A DNA stretch of 64,000 bases from Microcoleus sp. (GTDB lineage: Bacteria > Cyanobacteriota > Cyanobacteriia > Cyanobacteriales > Microcoleaceae). Location of the stretch: assembly GCA_042408215.1 (NCBI GenBank), contig JAYFMW010000005.1:1-64000 (forward strand). Reading direction: 5' to 3'. This document shows positions 29,981 to 39,524 of the stretch, piece after piece. The position numbers and the translations under genes are program-made. The notes under the pieces are model-generated. The model ran no database searches. It saw only the letters and a list, made by a program, of their open reading frames with translations, and was not told the DNA's origin. Every line of letters starts with the position of its first letter. Positions within the stretch are counted from its first letter, which is position 1.

Positions 29981-30487
29981 ATGACGCAAATTCCTCACCC
30001 AGATTTATCTGACATGACCGTGAATTGCGCTGTCGTTACTGTTAGCGATACGCGCTCTGCGGAAACAGACAATAGCGGTGTCTTAATTAAGAAGTTGCTG
30101 AAAGATGCTGGTCATTCTGTTGTAGCTTACACAGTTATTAAGGATGATGCGGCAAAAATTATATTGCAAATGCAGGCTTTTTGTCAGCGGGAAGATGTGG
30201 ATGCGATCGTTTTTAGTGGCGGAACAGGTATTTCTCCGCGAGATACTACTTATGATGTGATGGAGAGTTTGCTGGACAGGATTTTACCGGGTTTTGGGGA
30301 GATTTTTCGGTTTTTGAGCTATCAAGAAATTGGTTCGAGGGCGATCGCCTCTCGCGCTGTGGCTGGGGTGTATCAAGGTAAGTTAGTGTTTTCTCTTCCC
30401 GGTTCTAGCAATGCGGTGAAACTGGCTATAGAAAAGTTAATTTTACCAGAGTTAGTTCACTTGGTGACGCAGTTGCGGGGTGGGTGA
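29981..30487 (+). CDS. Molybdopterin adenylyltransferase, MogA/MoaB family
   Basis: VVTVSD, GGTGISPRDTT, LPGFGE and LPGS motifs. Confidence 0.92.
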   Translation: MTQIPHPDLSDMTVNCAVVTVSDTRSAETDNSGVLIKKLLKDAGHSVVAYTVIKDDAAKIILQMQAFCQREDVDAIVFSGGTGISPRDTTYDVMESLLDRILPGFGEIFRFLSYQEIGSRAIASRAVAGVYQGKLVFSLPGSSNAVKLAIEKLILPELVHLVTQLRGG

Positions 30488-30634
30488 GGGCGGAAGTTTG
30501 TTTTTGGGCGATCGGGCGATCGATAAATCGGGCCATAAAGGCCGATCTCAGCCACTACGAAAACTTTTCCCTTCTCCCAGATCAAGCCGTGCTGGTAGAT
30601 TGGAGCGATTTTTGATTTTCCAATTATTTAAGGC

Positions 30635-30687
30635 TTGACATCTGTAACCTCATAGGTTACAATATCAAAGTAATCTTAAAGGTTACA
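30635..30687 (+). promoter_or_regulatory. higBA promoter with two palindromic operators
   Basis: TTGACA (30635), 17 bp, TACAAT (30658); TGTAACCT-CAT-AGGTTACA (30643-30661) and GTAATCT-TAA-AGGTTAC (30670-30686). Confidence 0.75.
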
Positions 30688-30766
30688 AACAATATAAATG
30701 AAAAAAATATATATTTATAAGTGCTTATGAACTGAATATTCAGCCTAGATTGAAGGATTATTTTAC

Positions 30767-31045
30767 ACGATCAAAACTTTTAAAAGTAAAGCATTAGAAA
30801 GATTATTCAAGGAAGGTAATGCAAAAGGTATTCCTAAAGAAATTGAAAAAAAGATGAGAGTAAGACTTGAAGTAATAGATACAGCAACAACTATAGATGA
30901 GATAAACCTAACAAGCTATCGTTTACATGAGCTTAAAGGTAATAGACAGGGAACTTGGTCAATAAGAGTATCAGGAAACTGGCGTATAACTTTTACATTT
31001 AGTGATAATAACGCATACGATAGAGATTTTGAAGATTATCATTAG
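30767..31045 (+). CDS. higB: HigB/RelE-family toxin; expected start codon reads ACG
   Basis: (T)IKTFKSKALERLF...LHELKGNRQGTWSIRVSGNWRITF...DYH; GAAGGA RBS 9 nt upstream. Confidence 0.8.
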   Translation, partial: TIKTFKSKALERLFKEGNAKGIPKEIEKKMRVRLEVIDTATTIDEINLTSYRLHELKGNRQGTWSIRVSGNWRITFTFSDNNAYDRDFEDYH

Positions 31046-31094
31046 ACCATAAAATAACATCTAAAAATTCAACTTCAAGCGTAAGGAAAATTGC

Positions 31095-31406
31095 ATGAAA
31101 GACATAGAAGACATTATTCAAGGGAGGAAAGTAAGACCAGTACATCCGGGGGAGGTCATTTCAGATGTGCTTGAAGATCTTGAAATGACTCAAACCAGGT
31201 TTGCTGAGATACTTGGTGTATCCCGGCGTAGTGTCAACGAAATTGTTTTAGGTCAAAGACCAATTACTGTAGACATGGCAATTCGGATTGGGAAAGCGTT
31301 AGGGAATGGCCCTCAACTTTGGCTCAATCTTCAGCAAAAAGTTGATATCTGGGATGCAGTGCAAAAACACAGTGAAGAGTACGAAAAAGTATCTACGGTA
31401 GCATAG
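31095..31406 (+). CDS. higA: HigA-family antitoxin (Xre HTH)
   Basis: HPGEVI...MTQTRFAEILGVSRRSVNEIV...WLNLQ. Confidence 0.92.
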   Translation: MKDIEDIIQGRKVRPVHPGEVISDVLEDLEMTQTRFAEILGVSRRSVNEIVLGQRPITVDMAIRIGKALGNGPQLWLNLQQKVDIWDAVQKHSEEYEKVSTVA

Positions 31407-31633
31407 TATCCAGCCTAGGGTGCGTCAGATCGGAAAACTTGTTTAAATCGAAAAAATCAATGTCTGACGCACCCTACAAGTTGATTTAACTCATATTAAA
31501 TCGGGGTTAGTTATCCTCTCGATCGTCCGGCGGTTGAAACCGCGACTACACAAACTCAGTCCACTCAAGCGCGGACTAAAAGATAGTCGATGACACTTTT
31601 TAAGTATCATCGACTACCAACTTTTTTCAAACA

Positions 31634-32581
31634 TCAAACCAGACTATTTATGGCTTCAGCAACAATAGTTCTGTGTCTAGGAGTATTGCAAGTTATTGTC
31701 GGCATCGCAAAACCAGAATCTACCAAAGCTTGCTCAATATCCAACCCAAAATACTGATCCAAATAAGGCTCCGTACTCTTGAGCAAAGTCAAAATATAAG
31801 GAGGAATTTTGGCAAAAAAATCCGACTGAGGATTCATATCCATAATTGTCAAATGTCCGCCCGTGCGAAGCAAACGCCTCGCTTCTCGGAATATTTCCAT
31901 CGTTGCTTTCTGTGGCAATTCGTGACAAACTAGACAGATAGAAACCAAGTCAAAAGCATTAGCAGGTAAACCAGTAGATTCAGCAGCAGCGTGCACCCAA
32001 GTCGGAGACTTTTGATTTGATAATTCAGATTGTTTTTGTTGGGAACGGTATTGAGCAACTGCTAAAAAATAAGGCGACAAATCCACCCCAGTCATCTTCG
32101 CTTCCGGGTAAATATCCTGAAGCGCAAAGGTACTCAGGCCCACACTGCATCCCAAATCTACAATATCTTGCGGTGAAGAAGCAATTTGAGATTTGACAAT
32201 TTCGTGATAACTTTCGCGGAGTCTAGCATCACCTTCCGCACCCGCTTCCTGCCAAATTCTGGCGTGAACAGCACGGGCGGCCACTTCAACTTCTGTGGCG
32301 GCTTCCCAACTCATATTACCTTTTTCGTAGGCGTGAAATGAAGTTAGATAATATTTCGGGTAAACAAGATCGGGATTTTGGACGCTGAGCAATTCTGCAT
32401 CCCAATTCCGGGCCAAAAGTGCTTGGGCTTCCTGGCGCCAATGCACTCCTATTTTTTCGGCTCTTTTTATCATCATTTCTCGCGCTTGGTGTTTGGCGAG
32501 ATTAGCCAATGGTTTGATGGAGAGTACGCCGTTTACTAAGCGCGATGCTAATCCTGGAGTTGTGTTAACAGTAGCAGTCAT
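31634..32581 (-). CDS. Class I SAM-dependent methyltransferase
   Basis: VDLGCSVG, GVDLSPYFL and EARRLLRTGG motifs. Confidence 0.9.
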   Translation of the reverse strand: MTATVNTTPGLASRLVNGVLSIKPLANLAKHQAREMMIKRAEKIGVHWRQEAQALLARNWDAELLSVQNPDLVYPKYYLTSFHAYEKGNMSWEAATEVEVAARAVHARIWQEAGAEGDARLRESYHEIVKSQIASSPQDIVDLGCSVGLSTFALQDIYPEAKMTGVDLSPYFLAVAQYRSQQKQSELSNQKSPTWVHAAAESTGLPANAFDLVSICLVCHELPQKATMEIFREARRLLRTGGHLTIMDMNPQSDFFAKIPPYILTLLKSTEPYLDQYFGLDIEQALVDSGFAMPTITCNTPRHRTIVAEAINSLV

Positions 32582-32913
32582 ATTTTATGTTTTTCTATTT
32601 TGCGCCATCTATTTTAACATATCGCCGCGATTTTCTGTCAGTATATATAATGAAACTTAACTTGGTGAGGGCGCGTGAAATGTAAATGTTTTGTGAGGAA
32701 GATTTTTTTTTATGAACCGCAGAGGCCGCAGAGAACGCAGAGTTAGAGAAGAGAGAAAAGATCGGAGTGGTGCAAAACTGGCTCTGGTCGTGTAATAGTT
32801 ATTTGTATCTATCTACTTCTTTCTGCGGATTTTACTCGGAATCTGGAATGGGGTTTGTCGAAGTTGGAGTATTTGGAAGAACAGTTGTACATCTGGCTAT
32901 TCAGGAGTTTGTG

Positions 32914-33816
32914 ATGAGTAAATCTATTGTGGAATTGGTTGACAATTTGCCCTCTGGTGGCATCACTGTGATGATGTTGAAATCTCTGGATTTTGTGGTT
33001 CCGGGCGAATGGAACAATCTCACGGGTTTTGATAATACTATTCAAGCTGTTACGGGGGAAACAAAGCGCAAATTAGTTGAGAAAATTCGCGATCGCGCGA
33101 TCGCACTTTACGCCAATCCCAACGAGCCCTATCAAGCCTCCGTCCGACTTTACCAGTTAGCAGACAGTGCTGACAGTGCTTTAGGCGTAACGGCTATGGC
33201 GAATAAAATCGGCGAAAACATCGGCTTTCTCTCCTTTCTCAGCAGCTTGACTCCGAAGGCTGACACCACTCAGGCGATCGACTTGTGTGTCAAAGTGGCG
33301 ATCGAGCTAATTGTCTTTTGTAAACTTAACAATCTTTCCCTTGACAATATGGGAAACTTTGGTAATTATTTATCCCATTACAAAGGTGAATCTCTGATGC
33401 GGATGGCTGCTTTGGTTTGTGCTGACGGTTTAATTCCCCTTGGCCCGGACTTCATTAGAGTAGCACAAAATACCCTAGTGGGATTGAATCCTTCAACCTT
33501 GCAGCAAAACTCAACTTTCCAAAATATCAGCAATTTAATTCCCGGCGGTAGTGGTGCGGCAAAACTTGGATTTGTGACCACAACTTTCGCTTCAGCCCAA
33601 GGTTGGATGAACAATTTAGTACAGTCTCGCGGCTTGACTCCCGCTACTGTTTTGGGCAATCTTAAGCAATATGTTGATGTTGCTGATGACAAGCTGGATT
33701 ATGTGGCGGCGTTTTTAGACATGAGTACCAATTATTATGAACATACGGGAATTCAAACTGTTGCTCGCCGATTGATCGATCGAGCTTATGCTGAAATAGA
33801 CTCTGGCAGATTCTAG
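32914..33816 (+). CDS. Conserved cyanobacterial hypothetical protein
   Basis: AGGAG RBS then MSKSIVELVDNLP; long ORF ending NYYEHTGIQTVARRLI. Confidence 0.75.
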   Translation: MSKSIVELVDNLPSGGITVMMLKSLDFVVPGEWNNLTGFDNTIQAVTGETKRKLVEKIRDRAIALYANPNEPYQASVRLYQLADSADSALGVTAMANKIGENIGFLSFLSSLTPKADTTQAIDLCVKVAIELIVFCKLNNLSLDNMGNFGNYLSHYKGESLMRMAALVCADGLIPLGPDFIRVAQNTLVGLNPSTLQQNSTFQNISNLIPGGSGAAKLGFVTTTFASAQGWMNNLVQSRGLTPATVLGNLKQYVDVADDKLDYVAAFLDMSTNYYEHTGIQTVARRLIDRAYAEIDSGRF

Positions 33817-33901
33817 AATATAGCATTTCTCAGTTGAGTGAAGTACAGATATCGGGTAGGGATACGGATATCGGGTAGGGATACTCCAAGAGCCCTTCTT
33901 T

Positions 33902-34110
33902 GTGTCAACTTAAGCTCAAACCCAGTCACAGATGGCTGTTTGACTATTAAAATTAGATCCCCCCTAGCCCCCCTTAAGAAGGGGGGGACAAGAGTCTTCT
34001 CTTTCGTCACCCCCTACTCACACCCTACTCCCTTCAAAAGGGGGATGCGAGGGGGATCTAGACTCAGCTAAAAGCGACATTTATCAACCATTTCAGGCGA
34101 TTGTTGACAC
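33902..34110. mobile_element. Putative MITE (GTGTCAAC...GTTGACAC) enclosing CCCCCTT/AAGGGGG repeats
   Basis: Terminal inverted 8-mers; the same left end GTGTCAACTTAAGC occurs at about 29170. Confidence 0.5.
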
Positions 34111-34217
34111 TCCTTGGGATCTTGGAGTGTCCCTACTACAGCGGACTAAGAAACCATCGATCGCAATGTGAGTTAAAATAAGCAGATTATGTTTAGCAAA
34201 CCAATTTCAATCCCATT

Positions 34218-35237
34218 GTGAAAAGCAAATCACTTCCTTCATCAGTAACAGTCAAACTCGGCAAATTTGTCTGGACATCAATGTGGCAATTAATGATGTC
34301 AAAACTAGCGCCGCCCGATCGCACGGGAGCATACATTCGCCCCAGCAGCAGTTTCCGCAATTTTGTCTCGACAGCAGCAGACAACCCTCACCAGCCCGCC
34401 ACGGCACGATATCGCCTCTTTGTTGGTATGGGATGCCCTTGGGCGCACCGCACTCTGGTGACGAGAGCGCTCAAAGGGCTAGAAGATGCCATATCCGTGT
34501 CTGTTGTCTATCCCTCTGAAGGAGGACTTTGGGTGATGGAGTCGGAGATATTTGGCTGTAACACGATGCGGGAACTTTACCAGTTGGCTTTACCGGGCTA
34601 TCAGGGGCGATGTACGGTGCCGGTGTTGTGGGATGACTCGAAAAGGGCGATCGTCAATAACGAGAGCTCGGAAATTATTGTGATGCTAAACTCGGAGTTT
34701 AATGAGTTTGCTAGCAATTCTGAAATGGATCTTTATCCTCTGGATTTGCGATCGCAAATTGACGAGTGGAATGAGAAGATTTACCAATCGGTGAATAACG
34801 GTGTTTATCGCTGTGGTTTCGCGCAATCTCAAGCTGCTTATGACTCGGCTTGTAGTGAATTGTTTGCTGTTTTGGACGAGATAGATCGATCGCTGTTGAT
34901 GAGTCGTTATCTTTGTGGCGATCGGGTGACGTTAGCAGATGTGCGGCTGTTTACTACTCTATTCCGTTTTGATGCCGTTTACTACAGCTTGTTCAAATGC
35001 AATGTGCGCCGCATTCAAGATTACGAGCATTTGGGAGCTTATCTGCGCGATTTGTATCAGTTACCGGGAGTTGCTGGTACTTGCGATTTGGAGGCTGTAA
35101 AGCGCGATTATTACGGCAATTTGTTCCCGCTGAATCCGGGCTGTATTATCCCGGCTGGGCCCGATGTGGGGAGTTTGCTCAAAGCTCACGATCGCGCGGG
35201 GATTCAGAAACCGGGTTTCTTAACAAAATCTCGGTGA
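34218..35237 (+). CDS. Glutathionyl-hydroquinone reductase (YqjG/ECM4-type GST)
   Basis: CPWAHR, TVPVLWD, NNESSEI, NNGVYRCGFA and ADVRLFTTLFRFD motifs. Confidence 0.92.
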   Translation: MKSKSLPSSVTVKLGKFVWTSMWQLMMSKLAPPDRTGAYIRPSSSFRNFVSTAADNPHQPATARYRLFVGMGCPWAHRTLVTRALKGLEDAISVSVVYPSEGGLWVMESEIFGCNTMRELYQLALPGYQGRCTVPVLWDDSKRAIVNNESSEIIVMLNSEFNEFASNSEMDLYPLDLRSQIDEWNEKIYQSVNNGVYRCGFAQSQAAYDSACSELFAVLDEIDRSLLMSRYLCGDRVTLADVRLFTTLFRFDAVYYSLFKCNVRRIQDYEHLGAYLRDLYQLPGVAGTCDLEAVKRDYYGNLFPLNPGCIIPAGPDVGSLLKAHDRAGIQKPGFLTKSR

Positions 35238-35575
35238 GGATGCGAAAATCATCGCAGAAACCCGGTTTCTTGGATTAGGGGCGATCGCGCGAGAACTCAG
35301 AAACCGGGTTTCTTCGTAAAATCTCGGTGAGGATGCGAAAATTCTCGCAGAAACCCGGTTTCTTGGCTTAGGATTAGGGGCGATCGCGCAGGGCTCAGAA
35401 ACCGGGTTTCTTCGTAAAATCTCGTGAGGATGCGTAAATTCTCGTAGAAACCCGGTTTCTTGGCTTAGGATTAGGGGCGATCGCGCAGGGCTCAGAAACC
35501 GGGTTTCTTCGTAAAATCTCGTGAGGATGCGTAAATTCTCGTAGAAACCCGGTTTCTTGGATTAGGGGCGATCTC
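35189..35575. repeat. Tandem array of 4 AGAAACCGGGTTTCT hairpin units joined by HIP1 sites
   Basis: Units start at about 35206, 35299, 35397 and 35494, each preceded by CGATCGC. Confidence 0.9.
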
Positions 35576-35579
35576 GATA

Positions 35580-36230
35580 TTATGATTGAATTTCACTTGT
35601 TGGCTCGTTCACTTCTTCTGCTTTGACCTCAAAATTAATTCCTTCGTAAATATCTCTCAGCGGCATTTGAAATTCTACGGATTCTAGGGTTAATACAGAT
35701 TCCTCTGAATCATATTCTGTTAATACCCATTTCCCATTAGAATTTTTAGCAAATTGTTCGATGTGATAGCTATATTGGTCAATTAAAATGTATTCTTTAA
35801 ACTCAGGAATTGAGCGATAGGCGAGAAATTTGCCACCTCGATCGTAGTCTTTGGTTGAATTGGATAAAATCTCAATGATTAGGAGAGGATTTGTAACAAT
35901 TGTTTGGTTATTTTCCTGATATACTGGTTCTCCTTGAATGACCATGATATCGGGATAGACGTAGCGGCGAGTTAGGGGTATCCACAGACGCACGTCGCTA
36001 GTAAATAAGCTGTAATTTTTGCCGCGTAAGCCAAATTTTAAGTTAGCAATCAAGTTAATGATGATGCTGTTGTGGTTGGTGGTTCCGCCTGTCATTGGTA
36101 TGATCTCCCCATCATGGTATTCACTTTTGTCGATCGCACTTTCTTCTAATGCGAGATATTCCTCTGGGGTGTAGTACCGTTTTTCGGTTTGTGGCTTCTT
36201 TTCGATGGTTGGTCTTTCTTGGGTTTGCAT
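35580..36230 (-). CDS. Uma2-family PD-(D/E)XK endonuclease
   Basis: YTPEEYL, SEYHDGEI, YPDIMV, IEILSNST and EYILIDQ motifs. Confidence 0.92.
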   Translation of the reverse strand: MQTQERPTIEKKPQTEKRYYTPEEYLALEESAIDKSEYHDGEIIPMTGGTTNHNSIIINLIANLKFGLRGKNYSLFTSDVRLWIPLTRRYVYPDIMVIQGEPVYQENNQTIVTNPLLIIEILSNSTKDYDRGGKFLAYRSIPEFKEYILIDQYSYHIEQFAKNSNGKWVLTEYDSEESVLTLESVEFQMPLRDIYEGINFEVKAEEVNEPTSEIQS

Positions 36231-36269
36231 TGTGAGTTCCTTCTGTTTTGAAGTGATTTTATGATAACA

Positions 36270-36542
36270 GCGATCGCGTGGGGTTCAGAAACCGGGTTTC
36301 TTCGTAAAATCTGATGAGGATGCCAAAATTATCGCAGAAACCCGGTTTCTTGGCTAAGGCTGAGGCGCGATCGCGTGGGGATTCAGAAACCGGGTTTCTT
36401 AACAAAATCTCGGTGATGATGCAAAAATCATCGCAGAAACCCGGTTTCTTGGATTAGGGGCGATCGCGCGGGGACTTAGAAACCGGGTTTCTTACCCACA
36501 TTTCGGTGAGGATGCCAAAATTATCGCAGAAACCCGGTTTCT
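36270..36542. repeat. Tandem array of 3 hairpin units joined by HIP1 sites
   Basis: Units at about 36287, 36385 and 36478. Confidence 0.9.
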
Positions 36543-36556
36543 TTCTAACAACTTAA

Positions 36557-36769
36557 CTAAAAACCCAATAGAGCCTTTTGAACTTCCTCCGGTGAGACTT
36601 GAACTAGATTTTCATTCATGACATTTTCGTACTGGTGACTCAACTCAATCATTCCGCCAACAGCGTTTACAAGCCTAAGTTGGAGGGAGGAAGAGTGATT
36701 TGACCATACCTCCCCTTCACGAACACCATAATTGCCTGTAAGTTGATTTTTGTAAAAGGGTTTACTCAT
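36557..36769 (-). CDS. Small hypothetical protein
   Basis: 70-aa ORF with AGGA RBS, co-oriented downstream of the cold-shock-like gene. Confidence 0.55.
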   Translation of the reverse strand: MSKPFYKNQLTGNYGVREGEVWSNHSSSLQLRLVNAVGGMIELSHQYENVMNENLVQVSPEEVQKALLGF

Positions 36770-36807
36770 TTTTGTCTAATCCTATTTACTGTTGATTGAG
36801 TTTTCCA

Positions 36808-38034
36808 TTATTCTTGATTTCTTGAATATATCTCTTGAAATGGTTTAAAATGTATTGCTCTAGCACTCGTCCCCTGGTTTCTCAAACGGAGTTCCTGACA
36901 AATAATTGTATAAATTTCTGGAGGAAATCCCCCAGTAAACAGCCATCTTGTACCTCCATCTTCCATTGTCACAATACCTGAGATAGTTGGATACCTACGA
37001 CCAAGTTGATTTATTCTAATATAGTCTGAGAGTTGCGTACTATGTGTAAAACCTAAAGGACCCAGATCCTTTAGTAGTCGATATAACTCATCAGCGCTCG
37101 TTATATCTAAGCGATACCTCTTAGCTATTCTTAGAATTTCATCAACCTCCGCTGCATCTAAGTCATACTTCTTAGCTATGCTTAGAATTTCATAAACCTT
37201 CGTTATATCTAAGTCATACTTCTTAGCTATGCTTAGAATTTCATAAACCTTCGTTATATCTAAGTCATACTTCTTAGCTATGCTTAGAATTTCATCAACC
37301 TTCGCTGTATCTAAGCCATACTTCTTAGCTATGCTTAGAATTTCATCAACCTTCGCTGTATCTAAGCCATACTTCTTAGCTATTTTTAGAATTTCATAAA
37401 CCTTCGTTATATCTAAGCCATACTTCTTAGCTATGCTTAGAATTTCATAAGCCTTCGTTGTATCTAAGTCATACTTCTTAGCTATTTTTAGAATTTCATA
37501 AGCCTCCGTTGTAAAGTCATACTTCTTAGCTATTCTTACAATTTCATTTTGGAGTAAAGCTTCTGCTTCCCTGCGTTGCTCCTCCTCTGCCGCTCTAAGC
37601 TCACTCTCTAAGTTATCTCGCTCAGCACTTAGTTCATGTTTGCGATCAACTCCAACCAACTCTCTCGTCAAAAGGTCAAGCCAACTAGGTTTTGGAGAGC
37701 CTATATTTTTCCAGATACTCTCTACTTTTTGGATCAAACCACATAATTCATTTTTGTAACTTTGAGGGATATCGTTTGCGTTTAGCCAAAGCTTACTAAC
37801 TTGTTCGCCTTTTTCGGTGGTTTCAATTTCATACCAGAAATTGACTGTTTCAAAAGCTTCGCCACTGTCCAATTTTTGGGCTAACTCAGGATGCTTTTTC
37901 TTGATTTTTTTGATATGGAAGAAAACTTTTCCATCAGGATTAAAAAAAGTATGACCTACAAACCCAAATCCTCTATCAGAATTGTAGCCTTTGATACTGC
38001 CGAAGTCTATTGTCATAAAACCAATTCTACTCAC
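36808..38034 (-). CDS. Cold-shock-like (OB-fold) domain protein with nine tandem ~17-aa repeats
   Basis: GSIKGYNSDRGFGFV...VFFHI (RNP1/RNP2-like); 51-bp repeats EILxIAKKYxLDxxKVx. Confidence 0.8.
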   Translation of the reverse strand: MSRIGFMTIDFGSIKGYNSDRGFGFVGHTFFNPDGKVFFHIKKIKKKHPELAQKLDSGEAFETVNFWYEIETTEKGEQVSKLWLNANDIPQSYKNELCGLIQKVESIWKNIGSPKPSWLDLLTRELVGVDRKHELSAERDNLESELRAAEEEQRREAEALLQNEIVRIAKKYDFTTEAYEILKIAKKYDLDTTKAYEILSIAKKYGLDITKVYEILKIAKKYGLDTAKVDEILSIAKKYGLDTAKVDEILSIAKKYDLDITKVYEILSIAKKYDLDITKVYEILSIAKKYDLDAAEVDEILRIAKRYRLDITSADELYRLLKDLGPLGFTHSTQLSDYIRINQLGRRYPTISGIVTMEDGGTRWLFTGGFPPEIYTIICQELRLRNQGTSARAIHFKPFQEIYSRNQE

Positions 38035-38076
38035 TTACTACAAAGGGGGCATATCCATTCTATCGCCATTCTATCG

Positions 38077-38874
38077 CTATAGCAAACCGTCAGGAGTTAT
38101 GAACGAGGCACTTCTTGCATCATAATCCCAACCCGCTAAATAAATCCGCAGTAAATCCCCATCAAACTTAGACTCTAAAACCACAGTGGGGACTGATTTG
38201 AGGACGTGATGCAAAGTATCGATCGCGGTTTTGCCATGAAAATATTTACTTTTCCAATCCGCCCCTTGATATCTTACACCTAAACGCCCGATATAATGAC
38301 CATCGCGATAAAATTTGTGTCCATCTACAGTCCCCGCTTGACCCATAGCATAACCATTCCAAAAAACTTCATCGCCAACAAAGTTAACTGAATTGCTATC
38401 ATCTTTAGTAATCGCCCCTGAATGTGTAGATGAACTTTTTGCCGAAAATTCAACAAAATTTTCCGAGTGATTATCGGATGAAAAACTATCCTGAAAATGG
38501 TTATTATCAGTATGGGATATAGTTGAATGAGAGACGAAACCTTGATGATGACTTTCTGAATAAAGATCCGTTTTGAACTCAGCCAAACTCTCTCGATATG
38601 CAGCATCCAAAGCACCCGCCGGAGTCATCAATGAATGGTGGGAATGATCGACCCCATCTAAAGCACCAACATGGTTTAAATCATGGGGATGGTGAACCTC
38701 ACCCAAATTCAAGTTAAGGTGAGATAAATCAAGAGGATCTGACGGGTGATGGTTGTGGTGGTGGTGCGAATCTGAACTATGGGAATCTGAACTTAAAGAT
38801 TGTATAAAGTCATCCAAGGGAGAATGACTACCACTCTGGGATGCGTCGTCAAAGGGGTTATTCACTGGTGTCAA
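38077..38874 (-). CDS. His/Ser/Asp-rich hypothetical protein, probably chimeric or truncated
   Basis: Low-complexity His-rich N-terminus; abrupt compositional change near the C-terminus. Confidence 0.5.
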   Translation of the reverse strand: MTPVNNPFDDASQSGSHSPLDDFIQSLSSDSHSSDSHHHHNHHPSDPLDLSHLNLNLGEVHHPHDLNHVGALDGVDHSHHSLMTPAGALDAAYRESLAEFKTDLYSESHHQGFVSHSTISHTDNNHFQDSFSSDNHSENFVEFSAKSSSTHSGAITKDDSNSVNFVGDEVFWNGYAMGQAGTVDGHKFYRDGHYIGRLGVRYQGADWKSKYFHGKTAIDTLHHVLKSVPTVVLESKFDGDLLRIYLAGWDYDARSASFITPDGLL

Positions 38875-38933
38875 AAGAGAAAAATTATAGTTTCTATTTT
38901 AGCAAGGTTATCTGTTTTCCGCCCGTCTTTGGC

Positions 38934-39500
38934 GCGATCGCGTGGGACTCAGAAACCGGGTTTCTTACCCAAATCTCTGTTTGGATGCCAAAATTCTCGC
39001 AGAAACCCGGTTTCTTGGATTAGGCGCGTGGGGCGATCGCGTGGGACTCAGAAACCGGGTTTCTTACCCAAATCTCGGTGAGGATGCCTAAATTGTCGCA
39101 GAAACCCGGTTTCTTGGATTAGGCGCGTGGGGCGATCGCGTGGGGGACTTAGAAACCGGGTTTCTTACTCAAATCTCGGTAAGGATGCCAAAATTCTCGC
39201 AGAAACCCGGTTTCTTGGATTAGGCGCGTGGGGATCAGAAACCGGGTTTCTTAACAAAATCTCGGTGAGGATGCGAAAATTCTCCTAGAAACCCGGTTTC
39301 TTGGCTTAGGATTAGGGCCGATCGCGCGGAGCCTCAGAAACCGGGTTTCTTAACAAAATCTCGGTGAGGATGCGAAAATCATCGTAGAAACCCGGTTTCT
39401 TGGCTTAGGATTAGGGCCGATCGCGCGGAGCCTCAGAAACCGGGTTTCTGACCAAAATCTCGGTGAGGATGCCAAAATCATCGTAGAAACCCGGTTTCTT
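38934..39500. repeat. Tandem array of 6 hairpin units, mostly joined by HIP1-like sites
   Basis: Units at about 38951, 39050, 39151, 39237, 39336 and 39435. Confidence 0.9.
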
Positions 39501-39524
39501 GGACAAGGAGGATTCGGCGGGTTC

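Noticed and set aside
38934..39500. Hairpin arrays (also 35189-35575, 36270-36542, 46739-47255) as CRISPR arrays
   Set aside because: Arms alternate in inverted orientation, the intervening sequences are near-identical rather than unique, and no cas genes are present.
35189..39500. Hairpin units as integron attC sites
   Set aside because: No RYYYAAC/GTTRRRY core sites and no intI gene in the window; kept only as an analogy.
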